From: Candidatus Rokuibacteriota bacterium
GTDB taxonomy: Bacteria > JAUVQV01 > DATDCY01
NCBI GenBank assembly: GCA_031406795.1
Contig: JANOHV010000218.1
Location: 1-36,764 of the forward strand
Length of the DNA stretch: 36,764 nt
Direction: 5' to 3'
A model generated the notes under the pieces. That model had not been told where the DNA came from, made no database searches, and saw only the letters and a program-made list of their open reading frames with translations. How positions within the stretch are numbered: the stretch's first letter is position 1; each line of letters opens with the position of its first letter. This document shows, in pieces, positions 1 through 7,535 of the stretch. The translations under genes were made by a program, and so were the position numbers.

Positions 1-280
1 GTTCCGTGTTGGGGGGGCGCCCGGCCGGTCGCCCCTACACGAGCAATTTCCGAATCTGACGGTGAAGAAGATCCCGAAGGCCGTCCTTTCCCGCTGCGAA
101 TGGGGCCATGACGACTACAGCCTGGAGATCAAGAACCTGCCCATGAAAGCGCCGGAAGAAGATAGCGTTCCGGAGGCCCCGGCCACTGGCAAGAAGCCGC
201 GTACCAAAGAGGAACGGCGGGCCAGCGTTCAGCAGACCTCACTTTTCGATCCGCCCGCCGGGAAGGGAGGTGCGAAATGA
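1..280 (+). CDS. mod: Type III restriction-modification DNA methyltransferase (Mod), C-terminal fragment; gene starts before the window
   Basis: Frame is open from position 2 (FRVGGAPGRSPLHEQFPNLTVKKIPKAVLSRCEWGHDDYSL...). I recognise FPNLTVKKIP..CEWGHDDYSL as a type III Mod C-terminus. Its TGA overlaps the res ATG (ATGA at 277-280). Confidence 0.75.
   Translation, partial: FRVGGAPGRSPLHEQFPNLTVKKIPKAVLSRCEWGHDDYSLEIKNLPMKAPEEDSVPEAPATGKKPRTKEERRASVQQTSLFDPPAGKGGAK
14..38 (-). repeat. GTAG-family REP-like palindrome inside the mod coding frame
   Basis: Minus strand reads GTAGGGGCGACCGGCCGGGCGCCCC: a GTAG head plus an imperfect palindrome. The same GTAGGGG head occurs in the REP pair at 15900-15968. 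Confidence 0.5.
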
Positions 281-2991
281 ACCCAAACCTCAGCACCATC
301 GCCAACCGCCTGAGCCTCCGTAAACCCCAGCGCGACTCGCTGGAGATTCTCGCCCGCCTCTGCGAGATCGTGTCGCTGCAGAAGAGCACCGACGTGGCCC
401 AGGCGCTCAAGACTATTCAGGCCGAGTACGCCACGGTCAGCGACTTCGAGCGCGATTTCCCGTCGCTCTGCTTTGCATTGGCGACCGGTGTGGGCAAGAC
501 GCGGCTCATGGGCGCGTTCATCGCCTACCTTTTCAAGGCCGAGGGTATCCGGCATTTCTTCGTGCTGGCGCCGAACCTGACCATCTATAACAAGCTCATT
601 GCCGACTTTACGCCCAACACGCCCAAATACGTCTTTCAGGGGATCTCCGAATTTGCCGTGGAACCGCCGGAAATCATCACCGGCGACAACTACGAGATCG
701 GGCGCGGCGTCCGCAAGAGGGACCTCTTCGGCGAATCGGCCGTCCACATCAACATCTTCAACATCTCGAAGATCACGAGTCTGGAGACGCCCAAGGGAGC
801 CGAGAAGACCACGATCCCCCGTTTTCGGCGGCTGCAGGAGTATATCGGAGAGAGTTACTTCGAGTACCTGTCGAAGCTCGACGACCTCGTGCTGCTTATG
901 GACGAGTCGCACCGCTACCGGGCATCGGCGGGCATGAGGGCGATCAGCGAATTGAAGCCCATTCTCGGCCTCGAACTGACCGCCACGCCGCATATGGAGC
1001 GCGGCGGCGGGACGCAGGTGTTCCAGAACGTCATCTATGCCTACCCGCTGTCGAGCGCCATGACGGACGGGTTCGTCAAGGAACCAGCCGTGGCGACTCG
1101 CGAGAATTTCAATCCGAAGAACTATGACGTGGCCGGTCTGGAGCGGCTGAAGCTGGAAGACGGCATCCGCATCCACGAGAACACCAAGGTCGAGTTGGAG
1201 GTCTACGCCCGCGAGAACGGCAAGTCGATCGTCAAGCCCTTCATGCTGGTGATCGCCAAGGATACCGATCACGCAAACGCCCTGGTGAAGGTCATTGAAG
1301 ACGAGGCGTTCTTCGAGGGGCGCTACAAGGGCAAGGTCATCCAGGTCCACTCGAAGCAGACCGGCGAGGAGCGGGACGAGACCGTTGAGCAGCTGATCAA
1401 CGTGGAGAAGGCAGACAACCCGACGGAGATCGTCATCCATGTGAACATGCTCAAGGAGGGTTGGGACGTCACCAATCTTTACACCATCGTCCCGCTCCGG
1501 GCGGCAAACTCGCAGACGCTGGTGGAGCAATCCATCGGCCGCGGGCTGCGCCTGCCCTACGGTAAAAGAACAGGCGTGGGCGCGGTGGACCGGCTGACCA
1601 TCGTGTCGCACGACAAGTTCCAGGAGATCGTGGACTACGCCAACAGTGCCGACTCCGTCATCCGGGGCGGGATGAGGATAGTCTATATCAGCGAAGAGCG
1701 TTCCAAGGTCGTGATCGCAGAGCCGGAGATTATGCAGCGACTTCAGGAACCGCTGATCGCTTCGGATAACATCAAGGGCGAGTACAAGGTTGTGCATCCC
1801 AAATTGCTGTTCGAGAACCCCAGGGAGCAGGAAGCGGCCAAGGCAACGCTCGAGGTCATCCGTCGGGAGTTCGAGCGCCTGCCAAGTTCCGCCGACCTCG
1901 CCAAGCCGGACATCCAGAAGCAGATTGTTGACAAGGTGAAGAAGATCATCACCCCGGTGCAGCCGGAGTTGGTAGGTGTCGCCGTGCCGGTGAACGTGGC
2001 CGAGGTGGTGGCCAAGACCATCACCCTGCGCAATGAACTGTCCATCGACATTCCCCGCATCACGATCCAGCCCGTGGGCGACGTGACGCGCGGGTTCCGG
2101 GAGTTCAATCTCGACCTGTCCAGCGTGCGACTACAGCCGGTGGACAACGAGATTCTCATTCAGGAGCTGCACCGCCGGGAACAGTTCCGGCTCATGAGCG
2201 GCACTGGCATTGTCCCGGAAGAGAAGCTCGAAGACTATCTCGTGCGCGGGCTGATCGACTTCAACGACATCTGCTACGACGACCATGCGGCGCTGCTCTA
2301 CAAACTGGCCGGGCAGGCCGTGACGCACCTGCGTAGCTACCTCAAGAACGAGGACGAGGTGCTGAATGTGCTTCAGTACCACCAGCAGGCGCTGGTGAAT
2401 CTGATTCATGCCCGGATGCAGGAGCACTACGAGGAGAAAGCGACCGCCTACGAGGCGCACGTGAGCAAGGGCTTCACGACGCTCCAACCCAATAACTACT
2501 CGGCTCCTTCCGGTGAAGGCGAGCGGGACTTCCGCGCCACGGTCGCCGACCTACAGGATATCCGCAAGATGCTTTTTGCCGGGTTCGGCAAGTGTCTCTA
2601 CCGCGTCCAGAAGTTCGATTCGGATTCGGAACGCCGCTTCGCCGTGGTACTGGAGAACGACAAGGAAGTCCTCAAGTGGTTCAAGCCCGCCAAGAGCGTC
2701 TTTCAGATCCACTACACCAGCGAGGCGTCCTACGAGCCGGACTTCGTGGTCGAGACCAGGACGGCTAAGTTCCTCTGCGAGCCCAAGGCCGCGAACGAGA
2801 TGACGGCGGGAGATGTGCTGGACAAAGCCAAAGCGGCGGCGGAATGGTGCGGCCATGCTACGGTGCACGAGAAGCAATACGGCGGCAAAACGTGGGCGTA
2901 CCTGCTCATTCCGCACGACGCGGTTGCGGACAACAAGACACTTCAGGGGCTGGCGGCAACCTACACCTATGGTGGGGCATCCAGAAGTTAA
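277..2991 (+). CDS. res: Type III restriction endonuclease Res subunit (SF2 helicase plus C-terminal PD-(D/E)xK nuclease)
   Basis: 904 aa. Walker A ATGVGKT, Walker B DESH, motif III LTATP, LKEGWD, QSIGRGLR, and C-terminal YEPDFVVE..EPK nuclease motif. Coupled to mod. Confidence 0.9.
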   Translation: MNPNLSTIANRLSLRKPQRDSLEILARLCEIVSLQKSTDVAQALKTIQAEYATVSDFERDFPSLCFALATGVGKTRLMGAFIAYLFKAEGIRHFFVLAPNLTIYNKLIADFTPNTPKYVFQGISEFAVEPPEIITGDNYEIGRGVRKRDLFGESAVHINIFNISKITSLETPKGAEKTTIPRFRRLQEYIGESYFEYLSKLDDLVLLMDESHRYRASAGMRAISELKPILGLELTATPHMERGGGTQVFQNVIYAYPLSSAMTDGFVKEPAVATRENFNPKNYDVAGLERLKLEDGIRIHENTKVELEVYARENGKSIVKPFMLVIAKDTDHANALVKVIEDEAFFEGRYKGKVIQVHSKQTGEERDETVEQLINVEKADNPTEIVIHVNMLKEGWDVTNLYTIVPLRAANSQTLVEQSIGRGLRLPYGKRTGVGAVDRLTIVSHDKFQEIVDYANSADSVIRGGMRIVYISEERSKVVIAEPEIMQRLQEPLIASDNIKGEYKVVHPKLLFENPREQEAAKATLEVIRREFERLPSSADLAKPDIQKQIVDKVKKIITPVQPELVGVAVPVNVAEVVAKTITLRNELSIDIPRITIQPVGDVTRGFREFNLDLSSVRLQPVDNEILIQELHRREQFRLMSGTGIVPEEKLEDYLVRGLIDFNDICYDDHAALLYKLAGQAVTHLRSYLKNEDEVLNVLQYHQQALVNLIHARMQEHYEEKATAYEAHVSKGFTTLQPNNYSAPSGEGERDFRATVADLQDIRKMLFAGFGKCLYRVQKFDSDSERRFAVVLENDKEVLKWFKPAKSVFQIHYTSEASYEPDFVVETRTAKFLCEPKAANEMTAGDVLDKAKAAAEWCGHATVHEKQYGGKTWAYLLIPHDAVADNKTLQGLAATYTYGGASRS

Positions 2992-3046
2992 TAGTGTTGG
3001 GGGCGCCGTCGTCATCAAACCGGAATCTGCTCGCTGAAATATCCTC

Positions 3047-3075
3047 TTGACACGATACAGTAGCGATGCTATCGT
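3047..3075 (+). promoter_or_regulatory. sigma70-type promoter for the sulfite-reductase-like gene
   Basis: TTGACA (3047-3052), 17 bp spacer, TATCGT (3070-3075) preceded by TG. Confidence 0.6.
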
Positions 3076-3119
3076 AATAGTAGTAAATAAGAAACGAGCT
3101 ATCGAAAAGGGGTTCGAAT

Positions 3120-3197
3120 ATGAGCGAGGCCGTTGTTCCGACCAGCCGGAAGATGGGTCTCGCTCTGTCAGTCCGCCGCACGCTCATCTGTAGCTAG
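3120..3197 (+). CDS. Putative 25-aa leader peptide MSEAVVPTSRKMGLALSVRRTLICS
   Basis: AAAAGGGG 7 nt before the ATG. Lies in the long leader between the promoter and the reductase, ends in Cys-Ser, and is immediately followed by a hairpin (3196-3232). Confidence 0.35.
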   Translation: MSEAVVPTSRKMGLALSVRRTLICS

Positions 3198-3339
3198 CCT
3201 GGCGCTCCGGCAGTCCCGCGGAATGCCAGGCTCTCCCCCAGTCGCATGCATTCATCTGACGACAACGCCATCACGTAGTCACAGAGTTGCTGGCGTTCCA
3301 CCAAGAAAGCGAGCGCGAAAGAACACGGGAGGTGATACG

Positions 3340-4218
3340 GTGAGCGAGATCGATTACCGGGAGTTGAAGCGCGGCGGCGTGATGCGCCAGCAGGGGGAAG
3401 ACCGCTTTCTGGTGCGGCTGCACCTGGTTGCCGGTGGACTAAGTAGCGGCCAGGCCCGTGTGGTGGCTGAGGCAGCGGACCAGTTCGGCAGCGGTGCACT
3501 GCACTTAACGAGCCGTCAGGGGATCGAGATCCCGGACGTCAGTTCCGGTGCGCTGACAGAGCTCAAAGAGTTCTTGGCATCCTCTGGGATAGGATTCGGG
3601 GTCAGCGGGCCGACCGTTCGCGGTGTCACTGCCTGCCAGGGCTGCCACGTCTGCCCGAATGGCGTCATCGACAGCCCGAGTCTGGCGGCGGAGGTTGATC
3701 GTGCGTTCTACGGAAAACATGCGCCCCACAAGTTCAAGGTCGGCATCAGCGGCTGCGCGAACAACTGCCTCAAAGCCGAGGAGAACGACCTCGGCGTCAA
3801 GGGGTGGATCGAGCCGCGCTGGAGCGGAGATGGTTGCACCGGCTGCGGTCTCTGCGTTGCAGTCTGCCCGGTGAAGGCGATTCGGATCGGCGGTGACAGC
3901 GGATCCGTCGAGATCGAGACCGCTCGCTGCATAGGATGCGGAGACTGCATTAACTCCTGCCCGACGACCGGCATGGTGGAGCAGACACGTGGTTACCGGA
4001 TCTACTTTGGGGGTAAACTGGGACGTGTACCTTACCTGGGGCAGCCGGTGTCCGGAGTGTTCACCGGTACCGCGGGTGTCCTCGGCGTCATCGCGGAGGC
4101 CCTGGAGTTCTTCCGACTTCACGGGCGTGCCCGCGAGCGCTTCGGCGACACGCTTCAGCGCGTGGGCTTCGAGACATTGGCGGCGCACATCGGCGCGCCG
4201 GCGAGGAGGGTCGCATGA
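3340..4218 (+). CDS. Siroheme-[4Fe-4S] nitrite/sulfite reductase-like protein (AsrC/Dsr-like small type) with inserted 2x[4Fe-4S] ferredoxin domain
   Basis: GTG start at 3340 after GGGAGGTG. HLTSRQGIE, Cx5C (CQGCHVC), PHKFK, Cx3C (CANNC), and ferredoxin motifs CTGCGLCVAVCP and CIGCGDCINSCP. Confidence 0.85.
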   Translation: MSEIDYRELKRGGVMRQQGEDRFLVRLHLVAGGLSSGQARVVAEAADQFGSGALHLTSRQGIEIPDVSSGALTELKEFLASSGIGFGVSGPTVRGVTACQGCHVCPNGVIDSPSLAAEVDRAFYGKHAPHKFKVGISGCANNCLKAEENDLGVKGWIEPRWSGDGCTGCGLCVAVCPVKAIRIGGDSGSVEIETARCIGCGDCINSCPTTGMVEQTRGYRIYFGGKLGRVPYLGQPVSGVFTGTAGVLGVIAEALEFFRLHGRARERFGDTLQRVGFETLAAHIGAPARRVA

Positions 4219-4280
4219 CACGGCGCCTGGACATTCAGCGCTACATCTGCCCGATGACCACCGTCAATCGACCACGATGA
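4215..4280 (+). pseudogene. Truncated TusA/SirA-family sulfur carrier remnant (MTRRLDIQRYICPMTTVNRPR*)
   Basis: GAGGAGG SD and ATGA overlap with the reductase stop. Carries the N-terminal LDxxxxxCPMT motif, then stops at 21 aa; no TusA-like continuation in other frames. Confidence 0.6.
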
Positions 4281-4376
4281 TGCCGATGACCAACAGTGAG
4301 GAGAAGATAAAATCCCAGCGACGATCGGCGTCGTTATGTGGCTGTAGAGGTAAACTCCAACCGGTCGCAAGCCCTC

Positions 4377-4613
4377 TCAGGATTTCCTGATAAGAAACCG
4401 GAACAGGCCCTCGCTTCGGTTTGTTTCGATGATCGCGTGCCCGAGCCTCTGGACCAGTGCGCTGATGTCCGATTCCGATCCGAAGTCAGTGGCCATGACT
4501 TCCATGACCTGGCCGGAAAGGAGCCGGGCCAGGCCCCGCTTGGTGTTCAGCACCGGCATCGGGCAAGCTTGCCCTCGCGTGTCGACCACCAGATCGACTT
4601 TGATCTCAGGCAT
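4377..4613 (-). CDS. TusA/SirA-family sulfurtransferase (78 aa)
   Basis: VDTRGQACPMP (CPxP persulfide Cys), VMATD.GS, C-terminal FRFLIRK. SD AAGGGAG. Confidence 0.9.
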   Translation of the reverse strand: MPEIKVDLVVDTRGQACPMPVLNTKRGLARLLSGQVMEVMATDFGSESDISALVQRLGHAIIETNRSEGLFRFLIRKS

Positions 4614-4662
4614 CGTCTGCTCCCTTCGGTCAATGGTTTGACGCCACTCCTGGACTGGATAT

Positions 4663-4678
4663 TGCAAGAGGAGTGCCA
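4663..4678 (-). promoter_or_regulatory. sigma54 -24/-12 promoter for tusA
   Basis: Minus strand TGGCACTCCTCTTGCA with exact GG-N10-GC spacing. Confidence 0.8.
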
Positions 4679-4717
4679 GCAACATCGCGTAATGCAAGGT
4701 GTTAAGATGATGACGTC

Positions 4718-6212
4718 ATGACGAGCCAGGCAACCCCTCCGCAGCCTCCGGGAGACCGGTTCTCGATCCTGTACGACATCGCCCTGACGGTCGGCAAGTC
4801 GCTCGATCTCAAGAGGATTCTGGACGATGTTCTCGACCGGATCATCCGTTTCATGGGCGTCGACGCCGGCGTCATTTATGTCGTCGACGACGCAACCATG
4901 GAGATGATACCCGTCTCGTTCAGGAATTTGTTGGAAGAGGTCGTCAGGGACCTCAGCGAAAAAAAGGTGAAAGTGGGCGAATGCATGTGCGGGACCATTG
5001 CACAATGCAATCAGGAGGTGATCATCACCGAACGGGCATACGAAGACCCGCGATTCACGCGTGGTGTGCTGAAGAAGGAGGGTATGGAGTTCTACGCCGG
5101 CCTCCCCATCCTCGCCAGAGGCAAGGTGGTGGGCGTGCTCTGCGTCATCAACCACACCCCCTACCAGCTCGACCGTGAACTTCTCGACATTCTCAGGGCT
5201 GCGACGCAGCCGATCGGCCTTGCCATCGAGAATGCCCGGATTTTCGAAACCGTCAGGAAGGAGGCGGACGCGAGGATTCGCTACTTCAACTTCGAGGGGA
5301 TTATCGCCAACAGCCCCAAAATGACCAGCATCCTCAGCCTCGTGCGGAAGATCACCGATGTGCCCACGAGCATCCTGATCTACGGGGAAAGCGGCACCGG
5401 CAAGGAATTGATCGCGCGGGCCATCCACTTCAACAGCATCCGCAAGGACCGGCCCTTCGTCGCCGTCAACTGCGCTGCCCTCCCGGAGAGCCTGCTGGAA
5501 TCGGAGCTCTTCGGTTACGTCAAGGGCGCTTTCACCAGGGGCCGGCGCCGACAAGAAGGGGCTCTTTGAGGCAGCCGACAACGGCACCATGTTTCTGGAC
5601 GAAGCGGAGGCAATGAGCGGCAATCTGCAGGTCAAGCTGTTGCGGGTCCTGCAGGATGGCGCTTTTCTCAAGGTCGGGGGCACGCAACCGTGCCAGGTGA
5701 ACGTGCGGATCATCGCGGCCTCGAACAGAAACCTCGAGGAGGCGATCCGGGAGAAACGCTTCAGGGAAGACCTCTACTATCGGCTGAACGTGATCCGTAT
5801 CGATCTGCCGCCGCTTCGGGACCGGCGCGAAGACATTCCCCTGCTGACGAGATACTTCATGGCAAAATACAGCAGGAAGATCGGAAAAAATGTTCGCAGA
5901 ATCGCCGACGACGCAATGCAGGCGCTGGTGTGGTATCCCTGGCCAGGCAATATCCGAGAGCTCGAGAACATGGTCGAACGCGCGCTGGTAGTGACCGAAA
6001 CCGACGAAATCAGAAAAGAAGACCTGCCTGTCGAACTGCTGGGCAGAGCGGACGATATGCACAAAGACCTCACCCTGAAGTCCATCGAGAAGGACCACAT
6101 CTTCCACGTACTGAAACTTACCGGGGGCAACAAGAAACTGGCGGCGCGAGAGTTGGGGGTGAATGCTGCCACCCTCTGGAGAAAATTGAAGTCGTTCGCT
6201 GAGGCCCACTGA
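4718..6212 (+). pseudogene. GAF-AAA+-HTH sigma54 enhancer-binding protein (NifA/FhlA-like) with a +1 frameshift
   Basis: ORF 4718-5569 has [11 protein letters not shown] and ESELFG..KGAFT. ORF 5589-6212 has FLDE, FREDLYYRLNV, WPGNIREL and a Fis HTH. Removing the A at 5537 restores GAFTGA and a continuous frame. True pseudogene or sequencing error. Confidence 0.85.
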
Positions 6213-6315
6213 TTGCATTTTGCCGAATCGCTGTATTTCGTATTATTTCAATAACTTATCGTGATTTTTCCTGGATCACCCGCAATTGACCCTTCGTTGT
6301 GATTGCATTTTGCAA
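6210..6315. promoter_or_regulatory. Candidate enhancer (UAS) sites: 14-bp direct repeat TGATTGCATTTTGC
   Basis: Copies at 6210-6223 and 6300-6313; the second extends to the dyad TTGCA-TTT-TGCAA (6303-6315), ~120 bp upstream of a sigma54 promoter. Confidence 0.55.
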
Positions 6316-6435
6316 GACTGTTCGACTGCAAGGCCGCTGAGTGATCCTGTTCAAACTGACTCTTGCTGCCCAAATCCGGGCGCTTTGCCTTTCTTTCAGC
6401 TTGGGCAAACCATGAAAGACCGGTCTCGGTGATTA

Positions 6436-6451
6436 TGGCATGGCTCATGCA
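6436..6451 (+). promoter_or_regulatory. sigma54 -24/-12 promoter for the osmC-like/dsrE-like operon
   Basis: TGGCATGGCTCATGCA, GG-N10-GC. Confidence 0.7.
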
Positions 6452-6484
6452 ATTGCCCATGCAAACCTACACGGAGGAACGGCG

Positions 6485-7015
6485 ATGACGATGATCAACG
6501 GTCTCGAAGTGGACAACCTGGTCAAGGTAGTCGAGGCGGTCAAGCAGAAGTGGGAGATGGGCAAGACGGTCTGGAAGGCCTCAACCACATGGAAGGGCGG
6601 CTTCAAGGTCGAGACCTGTTCGCGCGACTTCACGCTGCTGGCGGACGAGCCGGAGATGCTCTGCGGCACCAACACGGCGGCCAACCCCGTCGAGATGGTC
6701 CTTCAGGCGTACGGCGCCTGCCTCTCGATCGGCTACGCGATGAATGCGGCGGTCCGCGGGATCAAGATTCATGACCTGAAGATCGATCTCGAAGGCGAGA
6801 TCGACCTTCCCGGCTTTCTCGGTCTCGAAGCACCCGAGAACCTGAAGATGGACAAGCTCCCCGGCTTCAAGACCATCGATGTGAAGGTAAAGATCAAGGC
6901 CGACGCCACTGCGGAGGCGCTTCGTCAGCTCCACGCGCACGTGGTGGGCACCTCTCCGGTCGGCGTTACGCTCGCGCGTCCGGTCAAGATCGTCACGGGC
7001 GTGGAGGTCTTGTGA
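6485..7015 (+). CDS. OsmC/Ohr-family protein (long INGL..DEP..G.N..ANPVE subtype)
   Basis: SD GGAGG. Motifs DEPEMLCGTNTAANPVE, GACL, EGEIDLPGFLG, and TSPV at the second-Cys position. Confidence 0.85.
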   Translation: MTMINGLEVDNLVKVVEAVKQKWEMGKTVWKASTTWKGGFKVETCSRDFTLLADEPEMLCGTNTAANPVEMVLQAYGACLSIGYAMNAAVRGIKIHDLKIDLEGEIDLPGFLGLEAPENLKMDKLPGFKTIDVKVKIKADATAEALRQLHAHVVGTSPVGVTLARPVKIVTGVEVL

Positions 7016-7431
7016 TCCAGCTGCTCGGTCAGACGGCGACGGATGAGCGCCTCTCCTGTGCCGAGCAGCCGCACTATGCGATCGTCTGCGCCACCGGATT
7101 CGAGAACGAGGAGCGGGTCCGGTCGGCGCTGATGTTCGCGGCATTGGCGGCCTCGGCGGATTACCAGACCGTCCTGTACTGCATCCAGGGCGCGGTTGAA
7201 GTGATGGTGAAGGGTGCGATCGCAGCGCGCGAGACGCCGCGACCGGGCCTGCCATCGATCGCCCAGCGGCTGCAGGAGGCTTTGGAAATGGGGGTGACGA
7301 TTCAGTGCTGCACCCAGACCATGGCGAACAAGGGCATCTCCCCCGCTGATCTCGTGGACGGCGTGGCTCCAGCTGGGGCAATGAGCCTGATTGCATTGAC
7401 GACCCGCGCGAAGGGCACGATCAGCTTCTGA
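7012..7431 (+). CDS. DsrE/DsrF-family sulfur-relay/peroxiredoxin-like protein
   Basis: GTGA overlap with the osmC-like stop. GVTIQCCTQT and GISPADLVDGV..AGA motifs; typical DsrE size. Confidence 0.75.
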   Translation: MIQLLGQTATDERLSCAEQPHYAIVCATGFENEERVRSALMFAALAASADYQTVLYCIQGAVEVMVKGAIAARETPRPGLPSIAQRLQEALEMGVTIQCCTQTMANKGISPADLVDGVAPAGAMSLIALTTRAKGTISF

Positions 7432-7440
7432 TTCTGAGCA

Positions 7441-7471
7441 CCGTCGGGGGAGGACAGCCCTCTCCCGGCGG
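7441..7471. terminator. GC-rich hairpin between convergent dsrE-like and binding-protein-fold genes
   Basis: CCGTCGGGGGAGG pairs with CCTCTCCCGGCGG (13 bp, two G-U pairs). No U-tract. Confidence 0.35.
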
Positions 7472-7535
7472 CGCTCCGAAATGCAAGAGGTACGATTGAT
7501 ATTGGAAAGCGCAAATATCATGACAGTCAAGCTGG

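Noticed and set aside
3340-4218. Dissimilatory sulfite reductase DsrA/DsrB
   Set aside because: Single short subunit with no dsrAB pair, dsrC or dsrMK; it fits the small AsrC/Dsr-like class.
4278-4310. Selenocysteine read-through of the TGA ending the TusA fragment
   Set aside because: The TGA is not at the catalytic Cys position, further stops follow within a few codons, and the continuation is not TusA-like.
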